DNA of 41,566 bases, from IMG/VR virus record IMGVR_UViG_3300020043_005694, positions 1 through 41,566 of that record. One strand, 5' to 3'. This document shows, in pieces, positions 7,020-15,120 of the stretch. Origin of the DNA: a virus (taxonomy: Duplodnaviria; Caudoviricetes). The notes beneath the pieces are model-generated. The model had not been told where the DNA came from and searched no databases. It saw nothing but the letters and a program-made list of their open reading frames with translations. Position 1 is the stretch's first letter. Every line of letters starts with the position of its first letter. Position numbers and translations under genes: made by a program.

Positions 7020-7772
7020 ATGGCATCACCACAATTAGAAAATGGCTTCACACAAGTATCCAACGAACTGTTGGAGGCTTTGTCGATGATGCAGATGTCT
7101 GGGAGTGAATGGCAGTATGTGATGTGTTTACTCCGTCAGACGTACGGCTTCCATAAGAAAGAAGCTTGGGTGAATAATAATCTAATTGGGTTGTTAACGG
7201 GGTTGCCAAGACAGAGGGTGTACGAGGCAAAATTACGTTTATTAGCTAAAAATATCGTAACGGAAAAGCGTTCCAAAATATCCATAAATAAGGACTATGA
7301 GTCCTGGAAGTTGTCACGGAAAAGCGGACAGACCGTAACGGAAAAGCGTTACGATTTGGAACGGAAAAGCGTGTCTATAAAAGAAACAAAGAAATATAAT
7401 AAAATAAAAGAACCTATGTTTAAAAATAAATACAACGAAGATGGTCATTACGAGGAAGTAGCAATTGACGTTGAAACTGGTGAAGCTTCCCTTCCTCAAG
7501 GTAAAAAGAAAAAGACCCGCGCGGTGGATGCGGATGTGCTGTCGGTGTTCGAGCTTTTTAACAACCCAGCGAAAGCCCTGTGGCGGATGCGGGAGATTGA
7601 AACGATAGCTGCCCAAACTTTGTTCGAGGTCTACGGGCTGGAAACCTTGAAGAGGCGTATGGCTCGGATTGAAATAGAAAAACAAAAGAAAGACCCCTAC
7701 TTCCCGGAAGTAAACACACCTAGCCAATTACTCGATAAAATGTCCAGCGTTGAACGCTACCTCGGCATATGA
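7020..7772 (+). CDS. Replication initiator, lambda O-like
   Basis: PQLENGFTQVSNELLEAL...RQTYGFHKK (Phage_rep_O pattern); iterons in mid-gene. Confidence 0.85.
   Translation: MASPQLENGFTQVSNELLEALSMMQMSGSEWQYVMCLLRQTYGFHKKEAWVNNNLIGLLTGLPRQRVYEAKLRLLAKNIVTEKRSKISINKDYESWKLSRKSGQTVTEKRYDLERKSVSIKETKKYNKIKEPMFKNKYNEDGHYEEVAIDVETGEASLPQGKKKKTRAVDADVLSVFELFNNPAKALWRMREIETIAAQTLFEVYGLETLKRRMARIEIEKQKKDPYFPEVNTPSQLLDKMSSVERYLGI
7256..7435. repeat. Replication origin: four iterons plus A-rich unwinding region
   Basis: ACGGAAAAGCG at 7260, 7316, 7338, 7361; third lies in CGTAACG-GAAAAG-CGTTACG; A-rich tract ~7376-7435. Confidence 0.8.
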
Positions 7773-8590
7773 CAACCATTGACCAAGCAATCGCAGAACT
7801 GGAAAGCCTCGAAGAAGCCGAGATTGTCCTGCTTTCTGAAGGAGCAGACCTTATCGGCCAGGACACTGGGAGCAAAGTCACCTCTGGCTTCGACCTTATT
7901 GACGACTGTATCGACGGAGGGTTTCGAGAAGGAGACTTCAACATCGTGACGGGTATCCCCGGTGAAGGTAAGACCACCTTCTGCCGAATGATTACCTTGA
8001 ACTTCGCGGAGAAGGAAATCCCTACCTTGTGGTTTTCGTTTGAAATGACCTTGCGGGAACTGTGGGACTCGTTCGAGAAGATGGGAGCTGATAAGTCCCT
8101 TATCTCCTACGCCCCTATGCAACTGCGTGACGACCTGGAGTGGATGTTCCGCCACATGGACAAGGCCATCAAGGAAAAAGGCGTGAAGGCTATCTTCATC
8201 GACACTCTCGGTGACATCGTGAAGACCCCGAAGCAACAGCAGGAGATGTCCAACTATGCTTCCTTCCTGGCCCAACTCTGCAAAGACCTCCGCATGTACG
8301 CCATCCAAAACAACGTGATGATATTCGCCATCGCCCACGCGGTGAAGAACACCAGGAGTAAAACGAACGAAACCGACAACTCCGACATCGCCAACTCTAA
8401 CGGCATCCCGGCTGCCGCGACCAACATCTTCCATGTGTGGCGCGACGACAGCAACACCACCCTGGTGAAGATTGGCAAGTCTCGCCGTGACGGAACCAAA
8501 CGTAACTGGCGCGTGAAGTTTAAGTTTGAGGAGAACAAGTTACACCAGCTTGAGTCCGCCAGTGAAGCTAACAAAGATGACTTATGGTAA
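7769..8590 (+). CDS. DnaB-like/RecA-fold replicative helicase
   Basis: SGFDLID, GIPGEGKTT, FSFEM, IFIDTL, AH, KSRRDG. Confidence 0.85.
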   Translation: MTTIDQAIAELESLEEAEIVLLSEGADLIGQDTGSKVTSGFDLIDDCIDGGFREGDFNIVTGIPGEGKTTFCRMITLNFAEKEIPTLWFSFEMTLRELWDSFEKMGADKSLISYAPMQLRDDLEWMFRHMDKAIKEKGVKAIFIDTLGDIVKTPKQQQEMSNYASFLAQLCKDLRMYAIQNNVMIFAIAHAVKNTRSKTNETDNSDIANSNGIPAAATNIFHVWRDDSNTTLVKIGKSRRDGTKRNWRVKFKFEENKLHQLESASEANKDDLW

Positions 8591-9147
8591 TGGATAGAAC
8601 CAGATGGGCACTTACCCACACCAACCTAGACCCTAAGCGCATCTCAGAATTAACCGGAGACACTGAAACCGACTGCTGGTACTTCCTAACGGACTTAAAC
8701 CAAGCTTTACGAGAAACCGAAGACTCCTACCGCGAAGGCAGTGACCAACGCAGGATGAATTTAGAAGCGTTTATCGAAGAAATACCCAACAAACACGAGA
8801 TAAAACGGCAATCGTTACTTGACCGCCTCCAGCAAGCAAAACGTGACAACGATTTAAATGCCGTTAAACGCCTACTGGTTGAGTTCAAATCATTTATGGA
8901 ACCAAGTACCGTAATCGACGCAAACTCTATCCTACAAGCAAAACAACACCCAATTACGACGCTCCTAGATGTCCATCGAGTCGGTAACATCAGTTGCCCC
9001 TTCCACACCGACAAAACACCTTCCTTCCAGATTAAAAAAAATAACACCTTCTCGTGTCACTCCTGTGGAGCCTTCGGTGATTGCATTGACCTCTACCAAA
9101 AGCTCCACCACGTTGATTTCAAGACGGCGGTAAGTGCGCTACAATGA
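8584..9147 (+). CDS. CHC2 zinc-finger protein (primase zinc-binding domain, no TOPRIM)
   Basis: CPFHTDKTPSF...FSCHSCGAFGDCIDL...FKTAV at the C-terminus. Confidence 0.85.
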   Translation: MVMDRTRWALTHTNLDPKRISELTGDTETDCWYFLTDLNQALRETEDSYREGSDQRRMNLEAFIEEIPNKHEIKRQSLLDRLQQAKRDNDLNAVKRLLVEFKSFMEPSTVIDANSILQAKQHPITTLLDVHRVGNISCPFHTDKTPSFQIKKNNTFSCHSCGAFGDCIDLYQKLHHVDFKTAVSALQ

Positions 9148-9323
9148 AACCATCACCCGTCAAGGAACCGAGAGACTGGAGCTACTGCTCGACCTGTGAC
9201 CAACACTACACTTTTATCAATTGCCGCTACACCCGCAAGGGAAGAAACATCTGCCTGAAGTGCGCGTGCGAAGAAAATAAACAAAAACAACATGAAATTA
9301 ACACTAGACAACATCCAAGATGA
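9144..9323 (+). CDS. Small zinc-finger protein, 59 aa (not in ORF track)
   Basis: CSTC...CLKC; ATGA overlap with the upstream gene. Confidence 0.55.
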   Translation: MKPSPVKEPRDWSYCSTCDQHYTFINCRYTRKGRNICLKCACEENKQKQHEINTRQHPR

Positions 9324-9621
9324 GTTAGAGAAGGGGAATGTACTCCCAGCACGTGCTGCTGATTTACTCGTTATCGTATCTGCAAAATATGGCCGGGCTG
9401 CTGATGAATACGTAAGAAAGTCAGCGGAGTTCGCTAAAGCATTTAACGAGGCCCGTGAACGTTTTAAGAGCGATACCGCTACCGAACGCTACCTTGAAAA
9501 CAGTGAGCTTGGAATTGAACTTAACTTCTGGAAATACCAACTCAAGAAGGCTGAAATAATCAGTAAGGCACTCAACACTTTGGTCTACTTACGGACAGCT
9601 GAAGCTAAAAATTACGTATAG
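9292..9621 (+). CDS. Hypothetical helical protein
   Basis: ATG ORF in operon. Confidence 0.7.
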   Translation: MKLTLDNIQDELEKGNVLPARAADLLVIVSAKYGRAADEYVRKSAEFAKAFNEARERFKSDTATERYLENSELGIELNFWKYQLKKAEIISKALNTLVYLRTAEAKNYV

Positions 9622-10139
9622 TGAAAAGGTCAGGATTTAGGCAACAGTCAATAGAAGAAATTAAGGCAAAACAGGCTGTTAAACGTGCGAAACTAGCAAG
9701 TAAGCCTAAAGTATCTAAAGCCAAGAAAAAGAGCGTGGTGGTGGCAAAAAAGGCTAAAAAACCACGTGTCAAAACTCCTGCCCAGTTAAAGAAAATACTT
9801 GACTCAGTATTCTCAGTATATATCCGTAAAAAACACGCTGATGCTGAAGGTAATACATCATGCTACACATGTGGTAAACAACTCCCTTGGCAACATATCC
9901 AGAACGGACATTTTGTCTCACGGCAGTACCTCGCTACTCGTTGGAATGAAGATAACTGTAGACCGCAATGTTGGGGTTGTAACGGTTATGGTCATGGTAA
10001 ACCACTTGATTTTGAGGAAAACCTTAAACGAGAATTAGGTGAGGAATACGTGGAGAAAATGAAGGCTAGTCGGCATCAAATCCTCAAACTAGACCGCCAC
10101 TGGTACCAAGAGCAAATAGATAAATACAAAAGTTATTAA
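9621..10139 (+). CDS. ninG: NinG/Rap-family recombination endonuclease
   Basis: FSVYIR, CYTCG, NGHFVSR, TRWNEDNCRPQCWGCN. Confidence 0.85.
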   Translation: MKRSGFRQQSIEEIKAKQAVKRAKLASKPKVSKAKKKSVVVAKKAKKPRVKTPAQLKKILDSVFSVYIRKKHADAEGNTSCYTCGKQLPWQHIQNGHFVSRQYLATRWNEDNCRPQCWGCNGYGHGKPLDFEENLKRELGEEYVEKMKASRHQILKLDRHWYQEQIDKYKSY

Positions 10140-10177
10140 CACCCCCTCTTGCAATCTGTTAACGTATAGTATAGTAT
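10133..10177 (+). promoter_or_regulatory. Promoter TTGCAA-N17-TAGTAT preceded by a degenerate DnaA box
   Basis: -35 10149-10154, -10 10172-10177; TTATTAACA 10133-10141 (2 mismatches). Confidence 0.6.
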
Positions 10178-10182
10178 GTTAT

Positions 10183-10548
10183 ATGAAGTTAACAATAAAC
10201 AATAAACAAATGCAGAACATAAAAATAGAAGTAAAAGTGTCATTACCGTCAGGCGCATCAGTCGGACTAACAGACACCCAAAACAATCAAATTAGTACCT
10301 TTATTTCAGGCCTCCTCTTCGGAGAAGCACCTAAAGAGAAACGAGCGTATAACCGTAAGAAGAAGTACCGAACATGGACTAAGGAAGAAGACGAACTACT
10401 TATCCCGGTACTAACCATGAACGAGAAGGAGACTCGCAAGTACTACAAGCAAATAAAGCGTCAACTTAACCGTAATATGGATAGTATCTACAGTCGGGTG
10501 TATGTACTCCGTAAGAACAAGTCAGTTATACGTGCAACAACCTGGTAG
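10183..10548 (+). CDS. Myb/SANT-like HTH DNA-binding protein
   Basis: RTWTKEEDELL...LNRNMDSIYSRVYVL. Confidence 0.6.
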   Translation: MKLTINNKQMQNIKIEVKVSLPSGASVGLTDTQNNQISTFISGLLFGEAPKEKRAYNRKKKYRTWTKEEDELLIPVLTMNEKETRKYYKQIKRQLNRNMDSIYSRVYVLRKNKSVIRATTW

Positions 10549-10572
10549 GAAGTGTGATATACTTTATAGTAT

Positions 10573-10755
10573 ATGACTACAATTAAAAAGACCAACCGAG
10601 AGATAAGTCCCGAAGTTATCACATTAGCTCTGAAATGGGCAAACGATGAAGTTACACTAGCAGACGTAGCCCGCAAGCTCGATACCGTGAATATGACCCA
10701 TTCGTATACCACGCTGGCTAGAGCCCTCAAGGAACACATAAAGATTACAAAATAA
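10573..10755 (+). CDS. Small HTH-like protein
   Basis: VTLADVARKL; preceded by TGaTATACT (10555-10563). Confidence 0.55.
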   Translation: MTTIKKTNREISPEVITLALKWANDEVTLADVARKLDTVNMTHSYTTLARALKEHIKITK

Positions 10756-10775
10756 ATAAAGTCTAGCCACTTTAT

Positions 10776-10961
10776 GTGGCTTTTCTTTTATCAAATATGA
10801 CCAACAAACACATCGAACACGCATCATGGGAAGATAGTATAGAAACCACCAAACCCCGCACTGACTGGGTTCCAACCTTTGTAGGAGTAGTAGCTATGAT
10901 TTCTATCTGCTGGACTATCTATGTTGTAGCGAGTGCTTATGAGGTAGTAACACTTCTCTAG
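10776..10961 (+). CDS. Small membrane protein (start may be the internal ATG)
   Basis: One hydrophobic segment FVGVVAMISICWTIYVVA. Confidence 0.55.
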   Translation: MAFLLSNMTNKHIEHASWEDSIETTKPRTDWVPTFVGVVAMISICWTIYVVASAYEVVTLL

Positions 10962-10962
10962 T

Positions 10963-11103
10963 ATGAAGAAAGTATTTACAGGGACGATGGACATGATTAT
11001 TTTAGAAATAAGAGACTGGTTGAATGAAAAGGAACAAAAAAACGAATGGGGTGAGGTCCAATTTATAGAGGAAGAAGTTATTGTAGAAATAATACGTAAC
11101 TAG
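10963..11103 (+). CDS. Hypothetical protein, 46 aa (not in ORF track)
   Basis: MKKVFTGTMDMIILEIRDWL...; fills the gap with 1-nt spacers. Confidence 0.55.
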   Translation: MKKVFTGTMDMIILEIRDWLNEKEQKNEWGEVQFIEEEVIVEIIRN

Positions 11104-11104
11104 T

Positions 11105-11434
11105 ATGAAAACACCATTGCCGGAAAAGATACAGCACCCAGAGATTAAGCTTGATTTAATCTTAAACCAAATCATCACCTACCTCGCCGAACTGAGTGAG
11201 GTGGTGGAGGGGAAGCAAGGGAGAAACGAAACAAGATGTCCACAATGCGTACTAGAAAACAATAATGGTATTTGTGACCGCAAAGATTGTTCTAACCATC
11301 AATATGAACTAGCAGACACCCTCAAGGATAAGTTAATGGGAGAAATACGAGGCATTTTTTTCCAAAGTGAATACCTTATGGAGAGAACAAAGTTTGATGA
11401 AATTGAAGCCATTGTTAATCGCCTTATTCCCTAG
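11105..11434 (+). CDS. Hypothetical protein
   Basis: ATG ORF with central Cys cluster. Confidence 0.6.
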   Translation: MKTPLPEKIQHPEIKLDLILNQIITYLAELSEVVEGKQGRNETRCPQCVLENNNGICDRKDCSNHQYELADTLKDKLMGEIRGIFFQSEYLMERTKFDEIEAIVNRLIP

Positions 11435-11497
11435 TGTATGACAAACCGCACCATCGTACTGAAGCACTTAGATTTATTGGGTAGTAAAGAATAATAT

Positions 11498-11866
11498 ATG
11501 CGAGAGATAAAGTTTAGAGCGTGGGATGATTTACACAGCAAAATGTATTTGAATGTCGGGATGTTATACAGCATCTGGTATCGCGGCCATTTCCTTTCTA
11601 ATGATTTTGAAGTAATTGGAACTAGTCCACAGATTAAAGTGATGCAATACACCGGCCTCAAGGACAAGAACGGAGTGGAGATTTATGAGGGGGATATATT
11701 ATTGAAACGCAATTACGCCCCACAAGAGATATACTGGATGGATTGTCGTTACCACTTGCGAGGGAAAGAAGAAGAACGGAACAATTTCGCTTTGCCAAGC
11801 GATTTGATGTATTCCGAAGTAATTGGCAACATCTACGAGAACGCAGATTTATTGGGTAAGGAGTAA
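11498..11866 (+). CDS. yopX: YopX-family protein
   Basis: MREIKFRAWD, MQYTGLKDKNGVEIYEGDI, EVIGNIYENADLL. Confidence 0.95.
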   Translation: MREIKFRAWDDLHSKMYLNVGMLYSIWYRGHFLSNDFEVIGTSPQIKVMQYTGLKDKNGVEIYEGDILLKRNYAPQEIYWMDCRYHLRGKEEERNNFALPSDLMYSEVIGNIYENADLLGKE

Positions 11867-11872
11867 TACATT

Positions 11873-12256
11873 ATGATTTGTGAATGCAAACATGACGGAA
11901 GTACCTATTCTTCAGTTTATTGCGATGCGTGCGGGGAAAACAACTGCAAGAATTGCATTAAGAGCACCACGCCAACCCCACAACCCCTCCCCGCCCTGAT
12001 TACAGAGATGCAGGAGCGTGTACGGGAGACACACCCGGTACACAAAGAATACGGCTACGTTCTCCTCAAAGAAGAAGCACGTGACACCCTCATCACCAAC
12101 ACCGCCAACGCTACCTTAGAGTATGTGAAGGGGGTGGTAGATAGTTATTTAATCGCAATAAGTACAGGTGAAGATGACTACACTGCCGAGCAATTAGGTG
12201 AAGAAATAAAAGCCCGCCTTACCAATAACCCCGACGCATTAAAAGCTATTGAGTAA
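11873..12256 (+). CDS. Hypothetical protein with N-terminal Cys cluster
   Basis: CEC..CDAC..CKNC. Confidence 0.6.
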   Translation: MICECKHDGSTYSSVYCDACGENNCKNCIKSTTPTPQPLPALITEMQERVRETHPVHKEYGYVLLKEEARDTLITNTANATLEYVKGVVDSYLIAISTGEDDYTAEQLGEEIKARLTNNPDALKAIE

Positions 12257-12261
12257 CTTGT

Positions 12262-12471
12262 ATGAAGCTATACGAAATCCCTAAAGGCTCACGTATCAAA
12301 GCGGACACAACAAACGCAGACGGTACAAGGTGTGGAGACTTTATCATTTTTCACCACACTGATGGAATGTTCTCATTTTGCACTGTTGAGAATAAGGAGC
12401 TTGATGTTGTACATCTATCAGCCAGCCAAGAACTTAAATTATCAGCCGAAGGGTATTATGAACTTGTATGA
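12262..12471 (+). CDS. Hypothetical protein
   Basis: ATG ORF, ATGA-coupled to the next gene. Confidence 0.65.
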   Translation: MKLYEIPKGSRIKADTTNADGTRCGDFIIFHHTDGMFSFCTVENKELDVVHLSASQELKLSAEGYYELV

Positions 12472-12878
12472 CAGAAAAAGAAAAGGCACTCACCCACGTT
12501 CGCTCAGTTTGTCCGGAATTGATGAAGTTGAGTTTTGGGTGTGAGATAAAGTGCAAAATGCGAGATGATGACCCTCATATCGTTCATGCTGATGTACTTG
12601 ATACGGACGAATGGAAGGGATGGGTCTATGTATATAACTGTAGCCTAGGTGCAGAGAAAATACATCCCAACAACGTTTACCAAATCAACGGCCACACCCC
12701 ACACATAGAGCATTGGTTGAGGGGGATGGAAGGCGAGATAGCGTTCTTGCCAGTGGTGAAAGCTAAACTGCGGTTCTATGCGGCGGGTAAGGATGTCGTA
12801 TTTTACGACCTCACCAAAGACGGCGACGAACAATCAGAGGAGTTTTACCAAGCATATAACGACATCATTGGCTTATGA
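12468..12878 (+). CDS. Hypothetical protein
   Basis: ATGA-coupled at both ends. Confidence 0.7.
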   Translation: MTEKEKALTHVRSVCPELMKLSFGCEIKCKMRDDDPHIVHADVLDTDEWKGWVYVYNCSLGAEKIHPNNVYQINGHTPHIEHWLRGMEGEIAFLPVVKAKLRFYAAGKDVVFYDLTKDGDEQSEEFYQAYNDIIGL

Positions 12879-13249
12879 CCCAGCGACCTATTGAGGGAGT
12901 AGTATTAGCACCAGAAGGAACACCACTTGCTGTATTTCAAAAGGAACGAACTAACGCAATAAGCGAAATGTTCGACAACGTGTACGCAAACGGAATTTAC
13001 CCGACAAGTCACTTCTTTGCTCGCATTGATAAGTGTGTTGAGGAACTTTTAGATGAACAACGCCGCCAAGCTGATGAGCGGTTGCGGGAGGTGGTGGGGG
13101 AGATAACAGCACACCACGATGACCATGCTGCCGCAGTAGACGCTAACACTGATTATTGCCGTGGTGTACGTTTCGGATTGCGTTTTGCACTAGAAAGTAT
13201 CAAAGCCAAGCACAACATCGACATTACCCCTAATACACCACAGGTATGA
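12875..13249 (+). CDS. Hypothetical protein
   Basis: ATGA-coupled at both ends. Confidence 0.65.
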   Translation: MTQRPIEGVVLAPEGTPLAVFQKERTNAISEMFDNVYANGIYPTSHFFARIDKCVEELLDEQRRQADERLREVVGEITAHHDDHAAAVDANTDYCRGVRFGLRFALESIKAKHNIDITPNTPQV

Positions 13250-13389
13250 AGTACATCTTTATTGTAGGAGGCATTTGCCAAATTATCGTAGCTGGCTTTA
13301 TAGCGTTTGGCGGATATGAACCTGGTATATTTGCAATGACTACGGCTTTCCTAGGGTCAGGAGTATGGTTAATAGATGACAATGACTAA
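13246..13389 (+). CDS. Small two-helix membrane protein, 47 aa (not in ORF track)
   Basis: MKYIFIVGGICQIIVAGFIAFGG...FLGSGVWLI. Confidence 0.55.
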   Translation: MKYIFIVGGICQIIVAGFIAFGGYEPGIFAMTTAFLGSGVWLIDDND

Positions 13390-13477
13390 CTGCGGAACCT
13401 GCCCCGCCTGCCTACGGTTCCATAAGCGGATGATGAAGCGGGGGAAGATTATTAAGAAGCAAGAAATCGAGATATGA
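13382..13477 (+). CDS. Tiny Cys-rich basic protein, 31 aa
   Basis: MTNCGTCPACLRF...; overlaps both neighbours. Confidence 0.4.
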   Translation: MTNCGTCPACLRFHKRMMKRGKIIKKQEIEI

Positions 13478-13635
13478 ATATATACCTTATAGTGTACGTC
13501 GTTTTATCAGCAATTGGGCTTGGAATGAGTTTAGCTACGCATGGACAGCCTAGAAAAAATGAAAACGCATGGAACAGTTTACTAGCTTTTGCGCTAACTC
13601 AGTTTCTGGTGTGGTCTATTTATTTGACTGCCTAA
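13474..13635 (+). CDS. Small two-helix membrane protein, 53 aa (not in ORF track)
   Basis: MNIYLIVYVVLSAIGLGMSLATHGQPR...NAWNSLLAFALTQFLVW. Confidence 0.6.
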   Translation: MNIYLIVYVVLSAIGLGMSLATHGQPRKNENAWNSLLAFALTQFLVWSIYLTA

Positions 13636-13731
13636 TATGCCTACCTACCTCTTCGTCGTTATCACGGCCAGTGTCGAAGTAACCTTTTACAACATTAGTA
13701 GTTTAGTAGCACCGATGTGTATACTGTAGCT

Positions 13732-13911
13732 ATGATTGAATTAAACAAGCGGTACATCGTTACCCATCCTAGTGGCGAGAAGGAAGTAATTTACTTACAA
13801 AGTACCGATGAACTAAATACATACACAGCACTAGCCGAAACAGGGTCTATCTTTAATGAAGTAAAAGTCACAGTTATCCAGGATAGTAGTTGCATAAATT
13901 GCGAAGGCTAG
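13732..13911 (+). CDS. Hypothetical protein, probably leaderless (start revised)
   Basis: TATACT 13720-13725 lies 6 nt before ATG; ends CINCEG. Confidence 0.55.
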   Translation: MIELNKRYIVTHPSGEKEVIYLQSTDELNTYTALAETGSIFNEVKVTVIQDSSCINCEG

Positions 13912-13950
13912 GTGTATACTTAAAACAGAGTTCTTTGATAGGAGGAAACC

Positions 13951-14148
13951 ATGAAGACTACAGTCTGTTGCTGGTGTCTAGCTCCTGTTAAGGTGCGCGA
14001 CTCCTTTGACCATCTAATCAATAAGGCAGTCTGCTCTACTGGCTGCCGCGACGCTGAAACGATTTTTAATATCCACTTCAGCGATGAAGAGATAAACAAA
14101 CGTGAACACTATCGAGCATTAACGGAGGGCAGTGATGGCAAAACGTGA
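13951..14148 (+). CDS. Small zinc-finger protein (CxxC...CSxxC)
   Basis: CCWC...CSTGC; SD AGGAGG at 13940-13945. Confidence 0.7.
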   Translation: MKTTVCCWCLAPVKVRDSFDHLINKAVCSTGCRDAETIFNIHFSDEEINKREHYRALTEGSDGKT

Positions 14149-14383
14149 AGGAAAGTGCCCATGCTGTGACATTGTAGGGATATTGACTAAACATCATATC
14201 TACCCGAAACGTCACTACGGAAAACATCATAGTACGGCATTATTTTGGCTTTGCCGTAAATGTCACAACGAACTCGAACTGCATATCCCTATGATGCAAA
14301 TGCAGCACGACTTCTATCCCCAAATCCTGCACATTTTCCGTGAGGAACTGTGCGCCAACGCGAGGAGAAAGCCATGCAACTGA
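14132..14383 (+). CDS. HNH endonuclease-like protein
   Basis: CPCC...HHIYPK...LCRKCHNELE; GGAGG upstream. Confidence 0.7.
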   Translation: MMAKREGKCPCCDIVGILTKHHIYPKRHYGKHHSTALFWLCRKCHNELELHIPMMQMQHDFYPQILHIFREELCANARRKPCN

Positions 14384-14556
14384 ACCTGCCACTATCAGAC
14401 CTGCCTGATGTTCTCTGTGAGCATTGCCGCCAGGTTGTACCGCAACCGTTCTATGTGGTTAAGCATTTTGGCCGCATGACGCAGCAACTGCCGTTCTGTA
14501 ACCAGGAACATGCCAATGTATACTACTTGGAACATTTGCGTAAAGGTGGAATATGA
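14374..14556 (+). CDS. Small zinc-finger protein (start revised)
   Basis: CEHC...FCNQEH; SD GAGGAG before ATG 14374. Confidence 0.6.
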   Translation: MQLNLPLSDLPDVLCEHCRQVVPQPFYVVKHFGRMTQQLPFCNQEHANVYYLEHLRKGGI

Positions 14557-14753
14557 CCAAAGAGCCTGAGTTTAACGCACACTACCAGTGTGTCCACTGC
14601 TTTGGTTTAAAGGCCAAGGCTGATATCATCTTCGTCGATGACAAACCGGTATGCCGTCATGGTGACGGACCCGATTCATGTAAGGAGAAATATTATGCTT
14701 CGACTCGTCCTCGCCCTGTTCGTCGCTCTTTATACGACGACGGCCACTGCTGA
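14553..14753 (+). CDS. Small Cys-rich protein
   Basis: CVHC...CRH...C; ATGA coupling, AAGGTGG upstream. Confidence 0.6.
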   Translation: MTKEPEFNAHYQCVHCFGLKAKADIIFVDDKPVCRHGDGPDSCKEKYYASTRPRPVRRSLYDDGHC

Positions 14754-14979
14754 ACATCCGTTGCCAGCTGTTCCTGAGGGACTTGTGACCACTTCGGTCA
14801 TCCCTTGTACGGACAACGACACGGGTGAATCAGGTGAGTGTTCTATACGGCATGACGCGGAGGATAATACGTATATCGTGTTCCGACAGGAAGGCAATAT
14901 AATGTTTATCCGGCAAATTTATACCGACGGGCGACCCTTTATCGACCTGTGGGTAGACGACCTGTACAACACGTTCTGA
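14695..14979 (+). CDS. Small secreted protein (start revised)
   Basis: Signal peptide MLRLVLALFVALYTTTATA; SD AAGGAG. Confidence 0.65.
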   Translation: MLRLVLALFVALYTTTATAEHPLPAVPEGLVTTSVIPCTDNDTGESGECSIRHDAEDNTYIVFRQEGNIMFIRQIYTDGRPFIDLWVDDLYNTF

Positions 14980-15002
14980 AGCACCTGTAATGGGTGCTTT
15001 TT
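14979..15002 (+). terminator. Intrinsic terminator
   Basis: AAGCACCT-GTAAT-GGGTGCTT-TTT. Confidence 0.75.
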
Positions 15003-15022
15003 ATACCATGCTATAATCTATA

Positions 15023-15120
15023 TGCGGCGTAGTTGCTGCTTACTAGTCTAACTATACCTAGTCAGACTGGAACTCATAAAGACACTGCAACCGCCTGTGG
15101 AGGGCGGTTGTTGTGTTGTT
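15023..15120 (+). ncRNA. Putative ~95-nt small RNA
   Basis: TGcTATAAT 15009-15017; hairpins 15024-15039 and 15043-15070; terminator-like hairpin 15087-15111. Confidence 0.45.

Noticed and set aside
6920-7108. 62-aa ORF overlapping the rep leader
   Set aside because: Overlaps a strong hairpin and the initiator in another frame; a leader-peptide role cannot be fully excluded
7757-8619. Long minus-strand ORFs (225 aa, 121 aa)
   Set aside because: Antisense shadows of the helicase caused by codon bias
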